Shown piece by piece: positions 10,871-19,553 of a stretch of 19,553 nt of DNA. Source of the DNA: Octopus sinensis (taxonomy: Eukaryota); the NCBI RefSeq assembly GCF_006345805.1, contig NW_021824221.1, positions 1 to 19,553 on the forward strand, read 5' to 3'. The notes under the pieces are model-generated. The model was not told where the DNA came from and did not search any database. It was given only the letters and a program-made list of their open reading frames with translations. Position 1 is the stretch's first letter. Every line of letters begins with the position of its first letter. A program made the translations under genes and the position numbers.

Positions 10871-11446
10871 GTTGATAAGGGAGGATAATGAGAAAATGTG
10901 GAATTTATGATGAATATAATGATAATGATGGCGATGTGAAGGAAGAAGAAGAAAAAAAATGGAGAAGTTTCATGCTAATAATTATGATGATGGCGTCCTT
11001 TATAAAGATGATAATTCTCATTACTGTCAACATAACCGCTATAAGAACCAAAATTAATAACAATCAAAGATAATTATCATTATTATTGCATCATCATCAT
11101 CCCAATTAGGAACTTTATACCAAAACATTTTCGCCGTTGTCATCATTATTAGCGCCGCTTTGGTTATCGTCTGCATTCTGCTCTATCCGTGCATCTTTGG
11201 TTTTTGGTCGGCGTCTTCGTCTGCTCCATCGTCATCTCAAATATTTTCATTGCCAAACATACGCAGATACATGAATTTGAAAAAGGCACACACACACACA
11301 CACACAAACACACGTGTGTGTGAGTGTGTGTGTATTCCATTAGCTGTTGATTGAATATCGGCTTTTTCACCAAGCGACTCCCTTAATTGTAGCAGTAAAT
11401 TAGGGTTCAGGTTCTTATAAAGAAATTTTTAATAAAATATGAAATA

Positions 11447-11838
11447 GGCGCAGGAGTGGCTATGTGGTAAGTGGCTTCCTTACCAACCACATGGTTGGTA
11501 CCTTGAGCAAGTATATTCTACTATAGCCTCGGACTGACCAAAGCTTTGTTTGTGGATTTGGTAGACGAAAGCTGAAAGAAGCCCGTCGTATATATGTATA
11601 TTTATATATATATATGTGTGTGTGTGTGTTTGGTCTCTGTGCCCCCCCCCCAAAAAAAAACATCGCTTGACAACCTATGCTGGTGTGTTTACGTCCCAGT
11701 AACTTAGCTTTTCGGCAAAAGAGACCAATAGAATAACTACTAGGCTTACAAAGAATGAATCCTGGGGTCGATTTTTTCAACTAAAGTCGGTGCTCCAGCA
11801 TGGCCGCAATCCAATGACTGAAACAAGTGAAAGAGTAA
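11447..11838 (+). mobile_element. SINE family A with B-box region deleted
   Basis: Starts GGCGCAGGAGTGGCTATGTGGTAAG. The CCGGGTTCAGTCCCACTGCG segment seen in other copies is absent (…ACATGGTTGGTACCTTGAGC). Ends GAAACAAGTGAAAGAGTAA. Confidence 0.9.
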
Positions 11839-11924
11839 TTCCTAATAAAATTAAATTATAAAAAAAAATACAATAGGAATTTTTTAAACATCGAATGGCT
11901 CTGGTGGGGTGGGGTGGGGTCCAC

Positions 11925-11985
11925 CCAAGTAAAATAGGAATCAAAGGGGTCCATAAGTAAAAAAAAAAAATGTTGAGAACCCCTG
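11925..11985 (-). mobile_element. Solo terminal fragment of a hAT-like (Charlie-type) DNA transposon
   Basis: Minus strand begins CAGGGGTTCTCAACA-T-rich-ATGGACCCCTTTG, resembling hAT-Charlie CAGGGGTTCTCAA termini. I found no partner TIR in the window. Confidence 0.5.
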
Positions 11986-12378
11986 GTCTACACAAATGAT
12001 AGCTAATCGGAGGATTCTGACAACAATATTAACAAATCCAGAACCTACGTTATTCAATAATACATTTTCCATCCGCTTTCACTGAACGAGATATGCTGAA
12101 CGCATCCAAGCTGTGATAAACATCACTCCATGTAGACTGCTGCTATTTATATGTGTTTATAGTATTTCTCTTCTTTAAATATGAATATGTATTGCCTTTC
12201 ATACAACCGGAATTAAATTCTCTGGCAACCAGAAATTAATCTTCGCGCAGAATCCTTACTAGTGGTATTCAAATTTCAAAACCGTAACGAATGGAAGGCA
12301 TTTAATGCTCGTATAACGAGAACTGTTTAGTGATACGTACCTCGTGTTTCTCAATAGTTATTGTGTCTCACACAAATT

Positions 12379-12486
12379 GAAAACTCACATATTTTAAGCA
12401 ATTTATACAGACTATAACTATGTTCATATATGGCGTTGCGGTACATTCCTTTGGAGATATAGAAAGCTTATTCATAGCTAGGCAAA
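12379..12486 (+). repeat. 108-bp direct repeat, copy 1 (left flank of MITE)
   Basis: Matches 12934-13041 without indels; 5 substitutions counted by eye. Confidence 0.95.
12389..12448 (-). CDS. Candidate 60-nt internal exon, duplicated copy (GMYRNAIYEHSYSLYKLLKI frame)
   Basis: Minus-strand acceptor ctttctatatctccaaAG and donor GTGAGT; length divisible by 3; two open frames. No homology recognised. Confidence 0.25.
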
Positions 12487-12933
12487 GGATCCTTTCGGTT
12501 TGACCGGCAGTTTTTTAAAATAATTTCCACGTAACTAAAAATTTTAAACTTCGTATACTGGTAGAATGTGTTTATAAAGCATCTTTTTCTCTTGGCTTTA
12601 TTGAGAAAATTCTATAGTTTGTAAGATATTTGTAGTTTTTTTTTTTTTCAATTTCTGCAATTTCAACCAATCAATGACGTCTATTGAGGTGAAAACATTC
12701 TGTGCTATATGAATATGTCCCTCGTTTAAGAAACAGATTGGGTTTATTTACATTTCTGAAGAAAAAAAAGATACCCTTCCCCCCACCACTAACCCTAACC
12801 CTAACTAACCCTAACTCTAAGCCTAACCCTAAAACAGATTGAAATGCAATAGATCGATACAAGGATCATCATTATGGGTGACAATTTTATATGACACCGC
12901 TAGAAAAAACTGCCGGTCAAACCGAAAAGATCC
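12487..12933. mobile_element. 447-bp Mutator-like MITE related to 2840-3755, with internal (CCCTAA)n
   Basis: 30-bp TIR GGATCCTTTCGGTTTGACCGGCAGTTTTTT / AAAAAACTGCCGGTCAAACCGAAAAGATCC with 1 mismatch. Shares AAACTTCGTATACTGGTAGAATGT and ATTTCAACCAATCAATGACGT with the 2840 element. (CCCTAA)n at about 12788-12833. Confidence 0.85.
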
Positions 12934-13041
12934 GAAAACTCACATATTTTGAGCAATTTATACAGACTATAACTATGTTCATATATGGTGTTGCGATACA
13001 TTCCTTTGGAGATATAGAAAGCATATTCATAGCAAGGCAAA
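12934..13041 (+). repeat. 108-bp direct repeat, copy 2 (right flank of MITE)
   Basis: Begins immediately after the right TIR and matches 12379-12486. Confidence 0.95.
12944..13003 (-). CDS. Candidate 60-nt internal exon (GMYRNTIYEHSYSLYKLLKI frame)
   Basis: Same splice signals as 12389-12448. Phase-compatible with the phase-1 end of the candidate exon ending at 13515. Confidence 0.25.
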
Positions 13042-13514
13042 TCCTATAGACAATCAAATATTATACTCACAAATATACTAGTAGCTACTAGTAAACCATG
13101 TAAAAAAATAAAAATACTGGCATATGTAAAGGGACTTGTAACTGCATATAATAACAATCGCTTTTACACAAACAAACGGTTGTAATTTAAGCAGACATCG
13201 AGTATCATCGCCTTAACGCAAACACGTGTAATAGCACATACATGTGCTCACGTATAAGAAAGCACTATAATGAGGGAACATTCGTAAGCTAAAACAATTT
13301 CATTCCACAGCTCTACCAGATTCTTTAAGAATAACAAGCGAGTTGCTGTTTATTGGTGAGAAATCTGATTGTTTGAAACATTAGAAGATTTAGTATGAAA
13401 GGACAATTTTAGAAGGAGCCCACCTATGACAACAGTGAGTTAAAAAATTACTCGGAGTGGGAAAATAAACAAACGGTATTATGACAACGTATCTAATAGT
13501 TGTAAAATACTTAC

Positions 13515-13615
13515 CTGGTGTGATGACCTTCTTTTGGTAAGGAATTGCTATTGGGTTTCCAGAATAATGACAGCAGGAAACAGACTGTTTGCGTCAAGAA
13601 TTCTTGACCTTTAAT
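13515..13615 (-). CDS. Candidate internal exon of an unidentified host gene
   Basis: Perfect minus-strand donor CAG|GTAAGTAT. Acceptor ..CTAATT..TTGTTATTTTTGTCGTCGTTAG gives 101 nt open as IKGQEFLTQTVCFLLSLFWKPNSNSLPKEGHHT. An alternative acceptor (exon from 13584) gives 70 nt, SVSCCHYSGNPIAIPYQKKVITP. No homology recognised. Confidence 0.3.
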
Positions 13616-13795
13616 CTAACGACGACAAAAATAACAAAGCATGAATTAGAGGGAAAAATATTTTACCAAGTGTTCGGGGATAAATTTCACATTGCCTTTT
13701 CTTGTATTTTACACTGAATGCAGATCCCTTACTTCGAAATATAAACAAGTTATAGTCTTATGAGGTGGTCGCAAACTATAGGGGATGACAAGAAT

Positions 13796-13992
13796 GTATA
13801 CTGAAAAATATTTTCGAGGGTTAAGTCACAGTAAAGTAAATCAACGATCAAATTTCAACTCCATGTGGAATAATCAAATTCATCAAGAAAGCAAGAAAAT
13901 TTCATTTGTGTATACCAGCAAATATTTTCGAGGGGTAAGTCATAGTGAAGAAAATCGACGGCCGGGTTTCAATTCTTTGTGGAATAATGAAA
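13796..13992 (+). repeat. Diverged tandem duplication with 114-bp period
   Basis: GTATAC..AAATATTTTCGAGGG.TAAGTCA.AGT.AAG.AAATC.ACG...TTTCAA.TC..TGTGGAATAAT.AAA starts at 13796 and at 13910, with no indels. Confidence 0.85.
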
Positions 13993-14009
13993 CTTTATAT
14001 AGAAAGAAG

Positions 14010-14315
14010 TGGAGTCACATGGCCTAGTGGTTAGAGCAGCAGACTCGCAGTCGAGTGATTGCGGGTTCGAATCTCAGACCGGGTGATGTGTGTGTTTGTG
14101 AGCGAAACAACTAGGCTCCACGCGGCCCCAGCAGAAAGTAATGGCGAAACTTCTGCTGACTCTTTCCCCACAGTTTTCTCTCACTCTTTCCTCCCGCATC
14201 TTGCAGCTCACCTGCGACGGACTGGCGTCCCGTCCAGGTGGGGAACTTATACACCAAGGAAACCGGGAAACCGGCCCTTATGAGACAGGCGTGGTTCGAG
14301 AAGGAACAAACAACA
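14010..14315 (+). mobile_element. SINE family B, 3' variant 3, full length
   Basis: A box TGGCCTAGTGG and B box GGTTCGAATC; 13-bp TSD ATATAGAAAGAAG at 13997-14009 and 14316-14328; short (CAA)n tail. Confidence 0.9.
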
Positions 14316-14571
14316 ATATAGAAAGAAGAAAAATTACCTTTTGACAATCGTTTATTTTTCTTCTTTACAGAATATATCATCTTATTTTCAAGAAACATAA
14401 ACTAATTATATATGATATTAAATAAATGGGGATGCAAGTATGAATGAGTGTTTAACATACTTGCTTCCCAACTATATGTCATATAGCATGAAAGGACAAT
14501 TTTAGAGGCCCACATATAACAACAGCGAGTTAAAAATTACTCAGAGTGGGAAAATAACAATCGGTATTCCG

Positions 14572-14574
<3 letters not shown>

Positions 14575-14629
<55 letters not shown>

Positions 14630-14790
14630 GTAGTATGTATGTATATATTTATATATACGTATGTATATATATATATACATACAAACACACGTACACACGC
14701 ACAATGCAAATCAATGTGAATACATTTATATATGTATATGTATATATATGAACACACACACATAAATATATATACATACATATATATATA
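14575..14790. repeat. (TA)n/(CATA)n microsatellite
   Basis: Directly visible. Confidence 0.9.
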
Positions 14791-14861
14791 CCGGAGTAAA
14801 CACATAAATGTGAAACAAGGTGGAAAAGAGAGTACTCAAATACCAGTGGTAGAGTAATATG

Positions 14862-14947
14862 CTTTATTTAAAGCAACAGAAAATTCAATAAAAACCTGTT
14901 ACTCTGAGTTTCAGGTTTTGTTGAATTTTCTGCTGCTTTAAATAAAG
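14862..14947. repeat. Near-perfect hairpin (36/37-bp arms, 13-nt loop) at the end of a repeat-like segment starting about 14791
   Basis: CTTTATTTAAAGCAACAGAAAATTCAATAAAAACCTG versus CAGGTTTTGTTGAATTTTCTGCTGCTTTAAATAAAG: 2 mismatches and 1 indel. Confidence 0.85.
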
Positions 14948-14977
14948 TACATATACATATATATATATATACACATG

Positions 14978-15025
<48 letters not shown>

Positions 15026-15029
15026 TATA

Positions 15030-15355
15030 CGAAAATGACGAAGAATGTATTTGTGATATATGTGTGCTTCAACTTCCCCCCTCATACACATGTTTACATA
15101 TATATATGGACATACACAGATATACTCATATACAAGAATCTCTCTATTCATTTACTCTTACTCCTGTGTGTTGCAGAGCGTATGTACGAAACGTAAAAGA
15201 CTTTCCCATTTTTCCCGAGTGTCAATAGAGAGATGCTCATATATGAGTATATCTATGTATATCTATATATATATATAAACATGTGTGTGTATATGTGTGT
15301 GAGGGGGGAAGTTGGGAAGCACACATATATCACATATACATTCATCGTCATTTCG
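15030..15355. repeat. Fold-back of about 325 bp: arms 15030-15148 and 15224-15355, with a pLTR/hammerhead-like remnant in the 75-nt loop
   Basis: CGAAAATGACG.AGAATGTAT.TGTGATATATGTGTGCTTC..AACTTCCCCCCTCA and AGATATACTCATAT..ATCTCTCTATT are both present inverted downstream. Confidence 0.85.
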
Positions 15356-15546
15356 CATTTGCGTCCTCTTTAGCACGTGCATGTTCTTAATTCGCAAACA
15401 CAAGTACTTTCTCCTACGAAAACACTCACGCATTTCCTATCGCATTCATGTTCCCTGCGCAATTTTTTCTTGATGCGTATAAGTAAGTAGACAGGTGCGT
15501 GTTCACGATATACGATGCCGCATATGTTTGTGGTTATTAATTTGAT

Positions 15547-15586
<40 letters not shown>

Positions 15587-15667
15587 CACATACATGGTAA
15601 AATTAAAATACATACATATGTGCGTGTAGATAAATATATCATATAAATATATATATAAACATGAATG

Positions 15668-15711
<44 letters not shown>

Positions 15712-15849
15712 GATGTATATATATATATATATGTGTTTATATATATGTATATATGTATGTATATATATATGTATACACATATAAATATACTGTATATACT
15801 TTCGAATGTTATATATATATATATATGTATTATGTATATATTATATATA

Positions 15850-16247
15850 CTCTCTTTACTCTCTTTTATGTTTCAGTCATTTGACTGCGGCCATGCTGGA
15901 GCAACCGCCTTTAGTCGAGCAATCGACCCCGGACTTATTCTTTGTAAGCCCAGTACTTATCTAATCGTCTCTTTTGCCAAACCGCTAAGTGACGGGACGT
16001 AAGCACACCAGCATCGTTGTCAAGCAAGCTAGGGGGACAAACACAGACACACAACATAGACACACACACTTAATATATATCACATATTACGACAGGCTTC
16101 TTTCAGTTTCCGTCTACCAAATCCACTACAGAGGCATTGGTCAGCCCGGGGCTATATAGAAGACATTGCCCAAGATGCCACGCAGTGGGACTGAACCCGA
16201 ACCTGTAGTTGGTTAGCAATATACTACCATACAGCCACCCCTGCGCC
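15850..16247 (-). mobile_element. SINE family A, full length, with many single-base deletions
   Basis: Collinear with the other family A copies from the tail (ctcttttatgtttcagtc) to the head (ccacccctgcgcc). Confidence 0.88.
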
Positions 16248-16544
16248 TGTATATATATATATACTATATATATACATATATATGTATATGTTAGTGTGTG
16301 TGTGTGGTGTGTGTACATATATATCATTAAATATGTACATTGACAAGAAAATAAATGAAGACCTATATTGTATTTCTTTTGACTTATTCCATCATTGTTT
16401 ATTTATACTCTCTCATTCAGTTTATATAATCTTCAAGAAATCTTTTCTTCCAAGTAAGCTTATATGTTTGTATCTGCTAGAATTCTGAGGAAACTCTACA
16501 AGATCACACGCACATACACACAAAAGCAGATTCTTACAAATATA

Positions 16545-16760
16545 TGTATATATATATATATATACATACATACACACACACATACACATACACACAGACA
16601 CATACACACACACACATATATATATATATACATTCAGAAGTATGTGTACGTACGAATAATAAATAGTATGAAGAGTATGTTTATATACGACAATGCATGT
16701 ACAAATGTATGCACATGACTACGTTGCCTCTCTCTCTCTCTATAATATATATCTATATAT

Positions 16761-16795
<35 letters not shown>

Positions 16796-16806
16796 CATAT
16801 ATATAC

Positions 16807-16863
<57 letters not shown>

Positions 16864-17080
16864 TGCACATATACAAATATATACATATAGATAGATAGAT
16901 ATAGATATATAATTACAAACATATATACATGCATATATATATACATACACCTATATGTATACACACGTGCATATACGTACATACAGACACATATAAATAC
17001 ACACACATATATATATGTATGTATATATATATAAATACATACATATAATACATACATTCATATATACATTTATACATACA

Positions 17081-17114
<34 letters not shown>

Positions 17115-17210
17115 CATATATACATACGTGCATACATACATACATACATACATACATACATACATACATACATACACACATACATACATACATACGTACA
17201 TATTATATAT
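16545..17210. repeat. Large compound (TA)n/(TACA)n/(CA)n microsatellite field
   Basis: Directly visible; produces spurious MYVC-type ORFs. Confidence 0.95.
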
Positions 17211-17373
17211 TCTCATAGATGTCTCTTTAGAAATGTTAGTTTTGCATTATTAATACACAATTATGTTTGCCATTTACATTTCAACGGTTACGGTTGCAGG
17301 TGTTTATAAGAATTATTATATCTTAGCAGGATATGACAAGATACAGAACACATAAGGAAGATAATAGTAAAAG

Positions 17374-17414
<41 letters not shown>

Positions 17415-18249
17415 AGATATCTTTATTTGCCTATAATTTTATTTGTATGCTAATCTACTTTTCTGTTGGTATTTTAAAAATAGATGTTTTCCTATTCAGT
17501 CAAAGATGCTACCATGTGACGATTTTATGTTGATGATGACACCGCGAGAAAATAGACTCGAAACAAACAAAAATGGCGTGTCAGAAGAAAGAAGCAGATT
17601 TCTATGCGATAAGATTAAAAATATCATGACTTGCAACAGAATAGTATAGCAACGTTATATGATGGTATTTCTGATAATTAGAGGGAATTCTAATATATTT
17701 TGCAAAGAGGAAATCTTAAAATTCAATTGTCTGACATATAGAGAACATAGGTGCATTTCTGCGATTTAAAGTGTGTTGATGTTCGTCGAGAAGTTTATAA
17801 AAACCGACACATGTTCGTGCCAGTCGTAAACCGCAAATACACAGCTGTTTCGTGGGCTAAAAGTATGTGATGAAAACTTGCTAGATCAGATAAGGCTTAG
17901 GGTGAGATGATTAATCTTGCTTGACAGGCTTTGTGGAGTTAAGTGCGAATTCTGTACAATGTAATGTTTTTTAGTGTTACTACCGAGATCATCTTCGTGA
18001 AATTTAAGACGCGAGGCTTATATTTTGCATTACTAATGGAAAGTTTGTATCTGTTTCAAAATGGCAGTCTTGATTAGGTTTTGGAGTAATGGCCGTGATT
18101 TGGTCTTGGCAATGTTATCACCAGTAACATAATGTAGGCAATGTAACACTGGAAAAAGTTTCACGACCAGTCGAGGGATAGAGGACTTGATGTTTTGTTT
18201 CTTGACAACAGCACTGCGCTCCTTGCATAGCACAAACTCATTTAATCAT

Positions 18250-19050
18250 TTAAGGTGGCGAGCTGGCAGAAACTTTAGCACGCCGGACGAAATGCTTAGC
18301 GGTGAGTAGTAAATAATAGGTATTTCATCTGCCGTTACGTTCTGAGTTCAAATTCCGCCATGGTCGACTTTGCCTTCTTCCTTCTGGGGTCGATAAATTA
18401 AGTATCCTTACGCACTGGTGTCGATGTTATCGACTTAATCCATTGTCTGTCCTGTTTGTCCCTCTGTGTTTTAGCCCCTTGTGGGTAGTAAAGAAATAGG
18501 TATTTCATCTGCCGTTACGTTCTGAGTTCAAATTCCGCCGTGGTCGACTTTGCCTTTCATCCTTTCGGGGTCGATTAAATAAGTACCAGTTACGCACTGG
18601 GGTCGAGCTAATCGATTTAATCCGTTTGTCTGTCCTTGTTTGTTCTTTCTGTGTTTAGCCCCTTGTGAGTAGTAAAGAAATAGGTATTTCATCTGCCGTT
18701 ACGTTCTGAGTTCAGATTCCGCCGTGGTCGACTTTACCTTTCATCCTTTCGGGGTCGATTAAATAAATACCAGTTACGCACTGGGGTCGATCTAATCGAC
18801 TTAATACGTTTGTCTGTCCTTGTTTGTTCTCTCTGTGTTTAGCCCCTTGTGGGTAGTAAAGAAATAAGTATTTCATCTGCCGTTACGTTCTGAGTTCAGA
18901 TTCCGCCATGGTCTACTTTGCCTTTCTTCTTTCTGGGGTCGATAAATTAAGTATCAGTTACGCACTGGTGTCGATGTTATCGACTTAATCACTTCGTCTG
19001 TCCTTGTTTGTCTCATCTGTGTTTAGCCCCTTGTGGGATATAAAGAAATG
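18250..19050 (+). mobile_element. SINE family C insertion: one tRNA-like 5' head followed by four tandem body units of 180-184 bp
   Basis: Head GGTGGCGAGCTGGCAGAAAC.TTAGC at 18254. Units start at 18319, 18499, 18683 and 18867, each with B-box-like GAGTTCA(A/G)ATTCC. 18-bp TSD ACAAACTCATTTAATCAT at 18232-18249 and 19051-19068. Confidence 0.92.
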
Positions 19051-19254
19051 ACAAACTCATTTAATCATGTAGAATGAAGGCACAGTTTTTAAATAAATAA
19101 CGTAATAAACTTCATTCAAAATAATATGGAAGGGGCGTGATACATAATCATTGATTATTCTGTTACGTTATGCTGTTGAGTTCGAATGTATACACAGTAT
19201 ACTACAGTTAAAAGTAAAGGAAAACAAAAAAGTGAGGGTAACAGTGAAGTTATC

Positions 19255-19553
19255 CTCCTGATACAGGAGGACCTCTAGGGATAATAGAGGAACCCCACCG
19301 TCTAAGACCTCCCTGTACACTAAGGACAAGTACCTTCTACAAATCTAGCGTTCTCCGACTAACGCGCTTATACTTAAAGCGATCCCATCCATTCTTGCCA
19401 TTTTCGCAACTTCCTCCATCTTTCAATAAATTTACTCGAGAACGGCTCCTCCATCTCCACTTTCATTTCTTTTCCGAGTGAGAAAGCCGATGTGAGCTCT
19501 ACCGAAGAGTCTGTCTCTTTCCTCGTGTCTTTCAACTCGTCTACCAAACAACC
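19255..19553 (-). mobile_element. Decayed 3' end of an L1/Tx1-like LINE ORF2, continuing beyond the window
   Basis: Minus-strand translation across frameshifts gives VW*T..K...KEMKVEMEEPFSSKFIERWRK / (V)AKMARMDGIALSI, resembling the ORF2 C-terminus of Tx1-like LINEs as I recall it. GC content is above the flanks. Not confirmed by search. Confidence 0.55.

Noticed and set aside
13507-13518. ATACTTACCTGG, identical to the 5' end of U1 snRNA
   Set aside because: The downstream sequence does not match U1; it is the reverse complement of a consensus 5' splice site.
15850-16247. Excess of single-base deletions in this SINE copy and in unit 1 of the 18319 array
   Set aside because: The pattern is typical of long-read consensus error, so I did not interpret it biologically.
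17430-18230. Unique-looking sequence with short ORFs (17443-17649 +, 18033-18233 -)
   Set aside because: No recognisable motifs, convincing splice structure or repeat structure.
18319-19049. Regular array that could be mistaken for CRISPR or a satellite
   Set aside because: There are no unique spacers, the context is eukaryotic, and the units are SINE bodies inside one TSD.

Overview
AT-rich, repeat-dominated eukaryotic non-coding DNA (intronic or intergenic). It is most likely cephalopod (Octopus), judged by my recognition of the tRNA-derived SINE families and the extreme (TA)n/(CA)n/(TACA)n load; this was not checked by database search. No intact protein-coding gene is visible, and nearly all ORFs in the supplied track are microsatellite or SINE artefacts. 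Supported content: about 9 SINE copies in three families (several with target-site duplications, TSDs), a decayed Penelope-like element (RT + GIY-YIG), the 3' end of a decayed L1/Tx1-like LINE, two Mutator-like MITEs carrying TTAGGG repeats, a solo hAT-like end, several fold-back elements and minimal hammerhead-like motifs. The most unusual structures are: (i) one TSD-flanked SINE insertion with four tandem body copies in an A-B-B-A variant pattern; (ii) a MITE flanked by a 108-bp direct duplication that contains a candidate 60-nt exon; (iii) hammerhead-like motifs, one in the loop of a ~325-bp fold-back.
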